Below are positions 17,447 to 26,478 of a DNA stretch of 64,000 bases, piece after piece (position 1 is the stretch's first letter; each line of letters starts with the position of its first letter). A model generated the notes under the pieces. That model worked only from the letters and a program-made list of their open reading frames with translations, had not been told where the DNA came from and did no database searches. The position numbers and the translations under genes are program-made. The DNA lies in the NCBI GenBank assembly GCA_963700145.1, contig OY969474.1, forward strand, positions 5,120,001-5,184,000, given 5' to 3'. The DNA is from an uncultured Acidobacteriota bacterium (GTDB lineage Bacteria > Acidobacteriota > Thermoanaerobaculia > Multivoradales > UBA5704).

Positions 17447-18394
17447 ATGGAATTCCCTCTGATCGTGATCATCGTCCTCGCGGCGTTGGTGCTGATCATC
17501 ATCGCCAAGACCGCGGTCGTGGTGCCGCAGCAGAACGCCTACGTGGTCGAGCGGCTGGGGCGCTACGCCGGGACGATCGGCGCCGGATTCCACGTGCTGG
17601 TGCCGTTCTTCGACCGCATCCGCTACCGCCACTCGCTCAAGGAGCAGGCCTTCGACATCCCCGAGCAGATCTGCATCACCCGCGACAACGTGCAGGTCGG
17701 GGTGGACGGCGTGCTCTACCTGAAGGTGCTCGACCCGCAGCGCGCCTCCTACGGCATCATGGACTACGTCTTCGCCATCTCGCAGCTCGCCCAGACGACC
17801 CTGCGCAGCGAGGTCGGCAAGATCGAGCTCGACCGCACCTTCGAGGAGCGCACCAACATCAACGCCTCCGTGGTGGGGGAGCTGGACAAGGCCTCCGAGC
17901 CCTGGGGCGTCAAGGTCCTGCGCTACGAGATCAAGAACATCACGCCGCCCAAGGACATCCTCGCCGCGATGGAGAAGCAGATGCGCGCCGAGCGCGAGAA
18001 GCGCGCCGTCATCCTCACCTCCGAAGGGGTGCGCGACGCCGCGGTCAACACCGCCGAGGGGGAGAAGCAGCAGACGATCAAGGCCTCCGAGGCGAGGAAG
18101 CAGCAGCAGATCAACGAGGCCGAAGGGCAGGCGGCGGCGATCCTCTCGGTGGCGCAGGCCACCGCCGAGGGGATCCGCCTGGTCGCCGAGGCGATCGGGA
18201 AGCCCGGGGGCTTCGAGGCGGTGCAGCTCCGCGTCGCCGAGCAGTACGTCGAGCAGTTCGGGCACCTGGCGCAGAAGGCCAACACGCTGGTGGTACCGGC
18301 CGACCTCTCGAACGTCGCCGGGATGATCCAGATGGCGATGCAGTCGGTGCGGCGGGCGCCGGGCGGACCGTCGGGGCCGCCGGCGCCGCGGTGA
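17447..18394 (+). CDS. SPFH/stomatin-like (paraslipin) protein
   Basis: AAAGGAG RBS; VVERLGRY, QICITRDNV, AQTTLRSEVGK, QMRAEREKRA. Confidence 0.93.
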   Translation: MEFPLIVIIVLAALVLIIIAKTAVVVPQQNAYVVERLGRYAGTIGAGFHVLVPFFDRIRYRHSLKEQAFDIPEQICITRDNVQVGVDGVLYLKVLDPQRASYGIMDYVFAISQLAQTTLRSEVGKIELDRTFEERTNINASVVGELDKASEPWGVKVLRYEIKNITPPKDILAAMEKQMRAEREKRAVILTSEGVRDAAVNTAEGEKQQTIKASEARKQQQINEAEGQAAAILSVAQATAEGIRLVAEAIGKPGGFEAVQLRVAEQYVEQFGHLAQKANTLVVPADLSNVAGMIQMAMQSVRRAPGGPSGPPAPR

Positions 18395-18416
18395 GCGCGG
18401 TTTCCGCCCGCCGCGC

Positions 18417-19307
18417 GTGAGCCTCCGCCTCCTGGTCAACCCCGCCGCCGGCCGCGGTGCGGGGGCGCGGCACCTGCAGCGCCTCCAGGCGCTCGCCGCC
18501 GAATACGGGTCCGGGCCGCCGCGGATCTCCGCCGGCCCCGACGACCTCGTGCGCGAGGCGCGCGCCGCGGCCGGCGAAGGGATCGAGCGGCTGCTGGTCG
18601 CCGGCGGCGACGGCACGGTCCATCACGTCGCCCAGGGGCTCGCCGGGAGCGCCTGCGCGCTCTGTCTCGTCCCGCTTGGCAGCGGCAACGACCTCGCGGG
18701 CACCCTCGGGCTGCCGCGCTCCCTGCCCGAAGCCTTTCGCCGCGCCGTCACCGGGCCGGTACGGCGGATCGACCTCCTGCGCGCCGGCGGGCGGGTGGCC
18801 GTGGGCTACGTCGGGCTGGGCTTCGACGCCGAGGTGGCGCGCCGCGCGGCCGCCCCGCCGGGGGCGCGGCCGGGGCTGGTGCGCGGGCCCCTGATCTATC
18901 CCTGGGCGGTCCTCTCGACGCTCGCCGGCTTCGCGCCGCCGTGGCTGCGCGTCGCCTGGGAGGGCGGCGCCTTCGACGGCGCCGCGATGTTCGCCGTCTG
19001 CGCCAACTTGCCGCGCTTCGGCGGCGGCATGCGGATCGCCCCCGCGGCGCGGATCGACGACGGCCTGCTCGACCTCGTCGTCGTCCGCGCCGTCCCCCGC
19101 CGCACCCTCCTCGCCGTCTTCCCCAAGGTCTACCGCGGGCGCCACGTCGGCCACCCGGCGGTGACGATCGCCCGCACCCCCTGGGCCGAGATCGCCGCCG
19201 ACCGACCGCTGGAGCTCTACGGCGGCGGCGAGCCGATGCACGGGCTGGCGCCGGGCGCGCCGGTGCGCGTCGAGGTCGTGCCCGGCGGCCTGGTCGTCGC
19301 CGGCTGA
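18417..19307 (+). CDS. Diacylglycerol/lipid kinase family (YegS-like)
   Basis: NPAAG, AGGDGT, PLGSGNDLA, GLGFDA, FGGGMRIAP, DDGLLD. Confidence 0.9.
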   Translation: MSLRLLVNPAAGRGAGARHLQRLQALAAEYGSGPPRISAGPDDLVREARAAAGEGIERLLVAGGDGTVHHVAQGLAGSACALCLVPLGSGNDLAGTLGLPRSLPEAFRRAVTGPVRRIDLLRAGGRVAVGYVGLGFDAEVARRAAAPPGARPGLVRGPLIYPWAVLSTLAGFAPPWLRVAWEGGAFDGAAMFAVCANLPRFGGGMRIAPAARIDDGLLDLVVVRAVPRRTLLAVFPKVYRGRHVGHPAVTIARTPWAEIAADRPLELYGGGEPMHGLAPGAPVRVEVVPGGLVVAG

Positions 19308-19407
19308 GCTGGAGCCGGCGCCGGCTGTTGTAGGACAAGCACCGACACGAGAGTAGGACGCCGGCCGATTCGCTCCCCGGGACGGCGGGGATAGCCTCGG
19401 CTGAGCG

Positions 19408-20994
19408 ATGGCTCCGGCCGCCCCCATCCCCGTCTTGCTCGTCGAGGACGACGCGAGCGATGCGCAGCGCGTGCGCGAGGCGCTCGCCGGCCTCGAGGCC
19501 CAGATCGCGCTCGCCCACGTCGACACGCTCGCCGCGGCGCTCGAACGGCTCCGCCGCGAGCCCGCCGAGGTGGTGCTGCTCGACCTCGGTCTGCCGGACA
19601 GCGACGGCTTCGCCACCCTCGAGGCGCTCCAGGCCGCGGCGCCCGAGGTCGCCGTCGTGGTCCTTACCGGGCTCGCCGACGAGTCGTCGGCCGTGGCGGT
19701 GCTGCAGCGCGGCGCGCAGGACTACCTGCCGAAGCGGGAGTGCACGGCCCGGGTGCTGCAGCGCGTCATCCGCTACACCTGCGAGCGCCGGCGCGCCGAG
19801 AGCGCTCTCCTCGCCCGCCAGATGCAGCTCGAGGAGCAGCTCCGCGAGGCGCAGAAGATGGAGGCGGTGGGGCGGCTGGCGGGCGGCGTCGCGCACGACT
19901 TCAACAACTTGCTGACCGCGATCCTGGGCTATACGAGCCTGCTGGCGGCGCGCTTCGCGGCCGACGAGACCGCCTGCCGCGAGCTGAACGAGGTGCAGAA
20001 GGCCGGGGAGCGGGCGGCGACACTCACCCGCCAGCTCCTCGCATTCAGCCGCCGGCAGGTCCTGCAGCCGCAGACCCTGGACCTGCGCGAGGTCGTGGCG
20101 GAGGCCGCCAAGCGCCTCGGGCGCCTGCTCGGCGAGGGCGTCACGCTGGAGATCGCCGCGCGCCTGCCGGTCAGGACGAAGGCGGACCGCGGGCAGCTCG
20201 AGCAGGTGCTCGTCGACCTGGCGCAGAACGCCCGCGACGCGATGCCGGCGGGCGGCACGCTGCGGATCGAGATCGCCGAGATCGACCTCGCCGCCGCCGG
20301 CGCCGCGGAGCGGCCGGCGGTGAAGCCCGGCCGCTACGCCCTGCTCTCCGTCGCCGACACCGGCGCCGGCATGGACGGCGAGGTGCTGAGCCACCTCTTC
20401 GAGCCCTTCTTCACCACCAAAGGAGTGGGGGAGGGGACCGGCCTGGGGCTCGCCACCGTCTACGGCATCGTGCGGCAGAGCGGCGGGCACGTCACGGTCG
20501 AGAGCGCACCGGGGCGCGGCACGACCTTCAGGATCTACCTGCCACTGGTGGAGGAGCCGGGCGCCGCCGCCGCGGCGCCGCCGCAGACGGCGGAGGAGTT
20601 CGAGACGATCCTGCTGGTCGACGACGAGCCCAGCGTGCGGCGGCTGGCGCGGCTGGTGCTGGAGAAGCGCGGCTATCGCGTGCTCGAGGCCGAGTCGGCG
20701 GCGGCGGCGATGGACCTCGTCGGCGCCCACTCCGGGCGCCTCGACCTGGTGCTCACCGACGCCGTGATGCCGGGGCTCAGCGGACGGTCGCTCCTGGCGC
20801 ACATGGCATCGGCGCGGCCCGAGGCGAGGGGGGTGCTGATGTCGGGCTACTCGGCCGAAGAGGTGGCGGAAAGCGACCGCGGCCCGCGGCCGCCCTTCCT
20901 GCAGAAGCCCTTCGCCGCCGCCGACCTGCTGCGCAAGGTGCGGGAGGTGCTCGACGCGCCGCCGGCCGCGGCCGCGGCCGGCGCGGCGCCCTAG
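19408..20994 (+). CDS. Cytoplasmic hybrid histidine kinase (REC-HisKA-HATPase-REC)
   Basis: LLVEDD/LLDLGLPD receiver, AHDFNN H-box, DTGAGM, FEPFFTTK, GTGLGL, second receiver. Confidence 0.92.
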   Translation: MAPAAPIPVLLVEDDASDAQRVREALAGLEAQIALAHVDTLAAALERLRREPAEVVLLDLGLPDSDGFATLEALQAAAPEVAVVVLTGLADESSAVAVLQRGAQDYLPKRECTARVLQRVIRYTCERRRAESALLARQMQLEEQLREAQKMEAVGRLAGGVAHDFNNLLTAILGYTSLLAARFAADETACRELNEVQKAGERAATLTRQLLAFSRRQVLQPQTLDLREVVAEAAKRLGRLLGEGVTLEIAARLPVRTKADRGQLEQVLVDLAQNARDAMPAGGTLRIEIAEIDLAAAGAAERPAVKPGRYALLSVADTGAGMDGEVLSHLFEPFFTTKGVGEGTGLGLATVYGIVRQSGGHVTVESAPGRGTTFRIYLPLVEEPGAAAAAPPQTAEEFETILLVDDEPSVRRLARLVLEKRGYRVLEAESAAAAMDLVGAHSGRLDLVLTDAVMPGLSGRSLLAHMASARPEARGVLMSGYSAEEVAESDRGPRPPFLQKPFAAADLLRKVREVLDAPPAAAAAGAAP

Positions 20995-22538
20995 GCCCCC
21001 GGCTTGACCTCGAACTCCACGCCTTGCGCCAGCGGCAGCGTCTCGCCCCAGTTGATGGTGCAGGTCTGCCGGCGCATGTAGGCCTTCCAGGAGTCCGAGC
21101 CCGCCTCGCGGCCGCCGCCGGTCTCCTTCTCGCCGCCGAAGGCGCCGCCGATCTCGGCGCCCGAGGTACCGATGTTGACGTTGGCGATGCCGCAGTCGCT
21201 GCCGGTGGCGGAGAGGAAGCGCTCGGCGCTGCGCACGTTCGAGGTGAAGATCGCCGACGACAGCCCCTGCGGCACGTCGTTGTGCAGGCGGATCGCCTCG
21301 TCGAGGTCATCGAACTCGAAGAGGTAGAGGATGGGCGCGAAGGTCTCCTCGCAGGTGATCGGCAGCGGGCCCGGCGTCTCGACGAGCGTCGGCTCGACGA
21401 AGAAGCCCGGCCGGTCGAGCGTGCGGCCGCCGTAGAGCACCCGCCCGCCCTGCTTGCGCACCGCCTCCAGGGCCTGCTCCATGTTCTCGACCGCTTGGCG
21501 GTCGATGAGCGGCCCCATCAGCGTCCCCGCCTCCAGCGGGTCGCCGACCGGGATCGAGCGGTAGGCCTCGACCAGGCGCCGCTTCATCGTCGCCGCGACG
21601 CCGCGCTGGAGGAGGAGGCGCCGCGTCGAGGTGCAGCGCTGCCCGGCGGTGCCGACGGCGGCGAAGAGGACCGCCCGCAGCGCCAGGTCGAGGTCGGCGT
21701 CGTCCATGACGACGATGCCGTTGTTGCCGCCGAGCTCGAGGAGCGACCGGCCGAGGCGGTCGGCGACGACCTTGCCGACCTGCTTGCCCATCTTGACCGA
21801 CCCGGTGGCCGAGATGAGGGGGAAGCGCGGGTCGGCCACCAGCCGCTCGCCGACGCCGCTGCGGCCGCCGATGATCAGGTTGAAGATGGGCGGCGCGCCG
21901 TTCGCTTCCAGAACCCGTTGGGCGATGCGCGTCGTGGCGATCGCCGAGAGGGGCGCCTGGTGCGACGGCTTCCAGACCATCGAGTCGCCGCAGACCGCCG
22001 CCACCATCGCGTTCCAGGCCCAGACCGCGACCGGGAAGTTGAAGGCGGTGATGATCCCCACCGGGCCCAGCGGATGCCACTGCTCGTACATGCGGTGGAG
22101 CGGGCGCTCGGAGTGCATCGCCTTGCCGTAGAGCTGCCGCGACATGCCGACCGCGAGGTCGGCCATGTCGATCATCTCCTGCACCTCGCCGAGGCCCTCG
22201 GAGACGACCTTGCCGACCTCCAGGCTGACCAGCGCGCCGAGCTCCTGCTTGTGGCGGCGCAGCTCGTCGCCGAGCTGGCGCACGATCTCGCCGCGCCGGG
22301 GCGCCGGCCAGGTGCGCCACTCCTCGAAGGCGCGGACGGTGGTGGCGGCCACCCGCTCGTACTCCTCCTCGCCGGCCAGGCGGACGGCGGCGATCGGCTC
22401 GCCGGTGGCGGGGTTGACGGACTCGACGCGCTTGCCGGCGGTGGCGAGCCACTCGCCGGCGAAGGCGCCGGGGTTTTCCTCTTCGACGCCGAGCGCGCGG
22501 AGGGCGCTCTCGGCCTGGGGTGCGGTCTCGACGGTCAT
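20991..22538 (-). CDS. Aldehyde dehydrogenase, ALDH7/piperideine-6-carboxylate dehydrogenase type
   Basis: TAFNFPVAVWAWN, LELGGNN, GTAGQRCT, EETFAP, GAEIGGAFGGEKETGGGRE. Confidence 0.92.
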   Translation of the reverse strand: MTVETAPQAESALRALGVEEENPGAFAGEWLATAGKRVESVNPATGEPIAAVRLAGEEEYERVAATTVRAFEEWRTWPAPRRGEIVRQLGDELRRHKQELGALVSLEVGKVVSEGLGEVQEMIDMADLAVGMSRQLYGKAMHSERPLHRMYEQWHPLGPVGIITAFNFPVAVWAWNAMVAAVCGDSMVWKPSHQAPLSAIATTRIAQRVLEANGAPPIFNLIIGGRSGVGERLVADPRFPLISATGSVKMGKQVGKVVADRLGRSLLELGGNNGIVVMDDADLDLALRAVLFAAVGTAGQRCTSTRRLLLQRGVAATMKRRLVEAYRSIPVGDPLEAGTLMGPLIDRQAVENMEQALEAVRKQGGRVLYGGRTLDRPGFFVEPTLVETPGPLPITCEETFAPILYLFEFDDLDEAIRLHNDVPQGLSSAIFTSNVRSAERFLSATGSDCGIANVNIGTSGAEIGGAFGGEKETGGGREAGSDSWKAYMRRQTCTINWGETLPLAQGVEFEVKPGA

Positions 22539-22601
22539 GGAACTCTCCTGGCAGGTCGCGGGGTACTACGGAGGCCGGAAGGATAGCGCAGAATCCGCGC
22601 C

Positions 22602-24368
22602 ATGCCGGCCCGCGCCCTCCTCCCCGCCGCGCTGGCGGCGCTCTTCGCCGGCTGGTGCGGGACCTTCGCGCGGGGGGTGGCGTGGGAGGCGGCCGCGGTC
22701 TCCCAAGTGCTGCTGCTGCTCCTCCTCGCCGCGGGCGGGGCGGCCTTCCCGGACCCACTGCGGTTGGGCAGGTGGGGAAGATGGCTGCCGCTTGCGCTCT
22801 TGGCGACCGCGGCGGCGAGCCTGGCGGTGTCTCCAGTAGCGCGCGCGGGCCGCGTGGGCGTGCTCTTGCTCCCCTCCTACCTGGTCCTACCGGCGTTGGT
22901 GGAGCGGTGCTGGCGCGGCGAGCGCGCCGCGCGGTGGGGAGCGCGGGCGCTCGCGGCAATTGTCGGGGGCGCCGCCGTCTGGTCCCTCCTCGCCTGGCAG
23001 GCAGGTGTTTCGCCGCGGCCGGCCGAGCCCCTCGGCCATCACGGGCTCCTCGCCGCCTGGCTGGCGATCCTCCTGCCGGTGGCCTGCTTGCCGATCCTCG
23101 AGCGGGGCGCTTGGCGGTGGCTGGGCTGGATAGGAGGCGGCCTTGCTCTGATCGCGATCTTCAACAGCCGCACGCTGGCGGCGTGGGTCGCGGTCGCCGC
23201 GCAGGGGGCGGTGCTGGTGTGGGCTTCGCGGAGGAGGTTCGGCGTCCGCAGAGTGGCGCTCGGCGCGGCCATCGCCGGCATCCCGCTCTTGCTCTCCCTA
23301 CCCAGAATCTTCCGTGTGCTTGCCAGCGCCGACCCGTCGGCCCGCGCGCGCGCCACGTACTGGGAGGCCGGATGGGAAGGCTTCCTGGCGCGCCCGCTCC
23401 TCGGCTGGGGACCGGGCTCGATCCCCTGGACCGTGGCGCGTTTCTTCGACCCGGTGCCGGGCGTCAACCCGCCGGGCGAGGCGGTAGGGGAGCTGCACTC
23501 GCTGCCGCTCCAGCTCCTATACGAGCTGGGAATCGTCGGCGCGCTCGCCGCCGCGGCGCTCGTCGCGGTCTTTGCGGTGCACCGCGCGCGCGATCTGCGC
23601 GCCGAGCGCTCGCCGCTCGCCGCCGCCGGTCTCCTGGGGCTTCTCGGCGCCGGCGTCTGCGCCCTCGCCAGCGCCGCGGTGACGGTCACCGCGCTGCCGC
23701 TCGCCGCCGCGCTCGCCGCCGGCGCGGCGCTGACCGGCGCCCCGGAGCCGGGGCCGCGCCGCGCGCTCGGTTGGCCGGCTCCGCTCTATGCCGCCGTCGC
23801 CTGCGGCCTCCTCGTCCCGCTCGCGCTCGCGCACCGCCACTACGACCGCGCCGCCCGGGCCGGCGCCCTCCGGCCGCTCCGCGCCGAGCTGCTGCAAGCA
23901 GTGCGCTGGGACCCGAAGTTCCCGCTCTACCGCGCCCGCCTCGCGGCCCACCACGAGCGCACTCTCGCCGACCGCCTCGCCGCCGCCGACGAGGCCCTGC
24001 GCGCCGCGCGGGACGCCGACTCGGTGGCCGCGCTCTGGGTGCAGGCGGCGGCGCTCGGCGCCCAAGCGCGGCGGCCGTGGGCGGCGGAGGCGCTGGCGCG
24101 GGCCCGCGCTCTCGATCCGCTGCAGCCGCTGCCCCAGGACGGCCCACTCTCTGGCATCGAAGCCGGCGCCGAGACGAGCGGCCCCGGGTCGTTCTCCCTC
24201 TACCTGTTCCGCCGCCGCCCCTGGCCGGCGCCGCTGGTGCGCCTGCCCGGGCCGATCTCCGCAGACGCTGCGGAAAACCCTGCGGGAAACGACGCGGGCC
24301 GCGGCGGCAAACCGCGGCAGGACAACGCTTTGCAGCAGTTTGCCCAGGTCGTTGTGCAGCCGCCGTAA
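22602..24368 (+). CDS. O-antigen ligase-like membrane protein with C-terminal helical region
   Basis: Many TM segments; R..YW...RPLLGWGPG, LHSLPLQLLYELGIVG (Wzy_C-like). Confidence 0.75.
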   Translation: MPARALLPAALAALFAGWCGTFARGVAWEAAAVSQVLLLLLLAAGGAAFPDPLRLGRWGRWLPLALLATAAASLAVSPVARAGRVGVLLLPSYLVLPALVERCWRGERAARWGARALAAIVGGAAVWSLLAWQAGVSPRPAEPLGHHGLLAAWLAILLPVACLPILERGAWRWLGWIGGGLALIAIFNSRTLAAWVAVAAQGAVLVWASRRRFGVRRVALGAAIAGIPLLLSLPRIFRVLASADPSARARATYWEAGWEGFLARPLLGWGPGSIPWTVARFFDPVPGVNPPGEAVGELHSLPLQLLYELGIVGALAAAALVAVFAVHRARDLRAERSPLAAAGLLGLLGAGVCALASAAVTVTALPLAAALAAGAALTGAPEPGPRRALGWPAPLYAAVACGLLVPLALAHRHYDRAARAGALRPLRAELLQAVRWDPKFPLYRARLAAHHERTLADRLAAADEALRAARDADSVAALWVQAAALGAQARRPWAAEALARARALDPLQPLPQDGPLSGIEAGAETSGPGSFSLYLFRRRPWPAPLVRLPGPISADAAENPAGNDAGRGGKPRQDNALQQFAQVVVQPP

Positions 24369-24410
24369 AGCGCTGGCAGCAAACGCGTTACAGTGTTTCT
24401 GCGGGCGCGT

Positions 24411-25550
24411 TCAGAGGCGATCGAGCGGGCGGCGCCTGACCGGCTGGCCGGCCACGGCGGTGCGGTTGCGGCCGGTCTCCTTGGCGACGTACATCGCGGC
24501 GTCGGCGAGGCGGAGGATGGTGCCCTTGCGCTCGGCCAGGCTGAGGTCGTCGGTCAGGTGCCGGCGCAGCGTCGCGATGCCGATCGAGCAGGTGATGCCG
24601 CGCAGGTTGAGCGGCTCCGGCTGGACCTCCGTCGCCTCGGCGCAGAAGGTCGAGGAGAGGATCTCGTCGCGGATCTCCTCGGCGAAGTCGATCGCCTGCT
24701 CGATGTCCGCCTCCGGCAGCACCAGCACGAACTCGTCGCCGCCGTAGCGGGCAGCCAGGCCCTTGCCTTCCACCTTGCGGCGGAGCAGGAGCCCGACCTC
24801 GCGCAGCACCTGGCTCCCGGCCAGGTGCCCGTGCGAGTCGTTGACCCGCTTGAAGAAATCGAGGTCGAGGAAGAGGACCGCCAGGTCGTGGCCGGTCGCC
24901 GCGCAGCGGCGGATGGCGTCGAGCACCGCGATGTGGAGGTAGCGGTCGTTGTAGAGCGCGGTCAGGTTGTCGCGCTTGGCGATCTCCTGCGCCTGGCGGG
25001 CGTCGAGCACGTTCTGCACCGAGATCGAGATGTAGCCGGCGAAGATCTCGAGGAGGTTCCGGTCCTGCTCGCTGTAGCTGGCCGCGTTCTCGCGGTTGAT
25101 CAGCTCGAGGACGCCGCAGACCTCCTGCTCGATGCGGATCGGGATGGCGATGAGCGAGCGGGTGCGGTAGCTCGTCTGCTCGTCGACCTGGTGGTAGAAG
25201 TAGGGGTCCTGGCGCGCGTCGGAGGTGCGATAGGCGCGGCCGCTCACGTACACCTGCCCGGCGATCCCGGCGCTGGCGGGAATCGTCTGGCCGACCAGCC
25301 CGTCCGCCGTCTCGCCGAACGCGGCGATGAAGGTGAGGTGGTTGCGGCTGCGGTCCGTCTGCTTGCGCGACGGGTCGTCGAAGAGGATCGACCCCGCCGC
25401 CGAAGGCACGAACCCGTTGGCCCGCCGCAGCACCTCCTCGAGGTTAGCGGCCAGCGAGAACTCCCACGGAAACGTGGGGTTGGCGCGGCGCCGCTCGAGA
25501 AAACGCTCGAGCTGCACGGCGTCGAGACTGTGAACGGTCAGTGTCTCCAC
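24411..25550 (-). CDS. GAF-GGDEF diguanylate cyclase
   Basis: GAF (GIAGQV, YRTRSLIAIPI, GVLELINR); DNLTALYN, DLDFFKRVND, RYGGDEF. Confidence 0.92.
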   Translation of the reverse strand: METLTVHSLDAVQLERFLERRRANPTFPWEFSLAANLEEVLRRANGFVPSAAGSILFDDPSRKQTDRSRNHLTFIAAFGETADGLVGQTIPASAGIAGQVYVSGRAYRTSDARQDPYFYHQVDEQTSYRTRSLIAIPIRIEQEVCGVLELINRENAASYSEQDRNLLEIFAGYISISVQNVLDARQAQEIAKRDNLTALYNDRYLHIAVLDAIRRCAATGHDLAVLFLDLDFFKRVNDSHGHLAGSQVLREVGLLLRRKVEGKGLAARYGGDEFVLVLPEADIEQAIDFAEEIRDEILSSTFCAEATEVQPEPLNLRGITCSIGIATLRRHLTDDLSLAERKGTILRLADAAMYVAKETGRNRTAVAGQPVRRRPLDRL

Positions 25551-25617
25551 GACACGCGCCTCATTCGGCCTTCAGGTCCTTCCGGCGGTTGAACCGGACG
25601 ATACCACCCGTCCGCGA

Positions 25618-26478
25618 TCAGCGGCGCGTTTCGACTTGTCCCACCGCCCCCGCCGGACAGACCAGACCGCCAGGAGCGCCCAGAACCCGATCGCCGCCAA
25701 CCGATGGCACCACCCAGACCTCGCTCCCCGCCGTGAGACTCTCCCCGCACGCCTCCAGGAGCACCGCAGGAAAGGGCCCGCGCAGCGCCAGCACCGTCCC
25801 CCCCGCGAACAGCGCCACCGCCAGCAGCCCGACCCCCACCACTCCCCACCGCGCCCCCCGCCCCCGCCCCCGCCCCCAAGCCAGCGGCACCGCCACCCAA
25901 GCCAACGCCACCCCCGCCCACGTCATCGCCTCCCGCCACTCAGCCAAGACAGCCAGAGGCCCAGCCGGCACCGCCGCCCCCCCAAGCGCCTGCCGAGCCG
26001 CCGCCAAGTTGTCCCGCAGCCAAGGATCCCCCCCCAACCCCCCCTCAGCCCGCCGATACCAGAGCACCGCCTCAGGCAACCGCCCCAACCGCTGCGCCGT
26101 AGTCCCCAAGTTGTAAGCCAGGACTGGATCCCCCGTCACCTTCCACCCCGCCGCATAGGCCCCCATCGCCTCTTCCAGCTCACCCCCACGAAACAGCCGA
26201 TTCCCCTCCCGTAGCCCAGGCACCTCCCGCTCCTGCGCCACCGCCGCCGTTAGAAAGATCAGGTGGAGAAACACCAACAGGAGGCGAGGCCCGCGAGGGG
26301 CTCCCGCGGGGGAGCTCTTCGCAAGCGCTGGCAACGCCCTATGCATTCGTAGCCGGTCCGGCGCGCAGCGAAGCGCAGGCGCGAGCCCACCCCTCGCACT
26401 CCCAAAGGCTCGCGCCGGTCCCCCGCGGGAGCCCCTCGCGGGCCTCGCCGGCCCGAGCGGCGAGGCTTCTTCCCTCAT
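25618..26478 (-). CDS. batE: BatE-like TPR membrane protein
   Basis: Last gene of the bat operon, ATGA overlap with batD; GNRLF, AYNLGT, EAVLWYRRA, RDNLAAAR; two C-terminal TM segments. Confidence 0.7.
   Translation of the reverse strand: MREEASPLGPARPARGSRGGPARAFGSARGGLAPALRCAPDRLRMHRALPALAKSSPAGAPRGPRLLLVFLHLIFLTAAVAQEREVPGLREGNRLFRGGELEEAMGAYAAGWKVTGDPVLAYNLGTTAQRLGRLPEAVLWYRRAEGGLGGDPWLRDNLAAARQALGGAAVPAGPLAVLAEWREAMTWAGVALAWVAVPLAWGRGRGRGARWGVVGVGLLAVALFAGGTVLALRGPFPAVLLEACGESLTAGSEVWVVPSVGGDRVLGAPGGLVCPAGAVGQVETRR
26283..26449. repeat. Palindromic element A: perfect 31-bp inverted repeats inside the batE 5' end
   Basis: ggcgaggcccgcgaggggctcccgcggggga (26283-26313) and its exact reverse complement (26419-26449). 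Confidence 0.9.

Noticed and set aside
24270-24400. Compositionally odd stretch at the convergent O-antigen ligase / GGDEF junction as an ncRNA or promoter
   Set aside because: No convincing hairpin, repeat or promoter consensus could be supported
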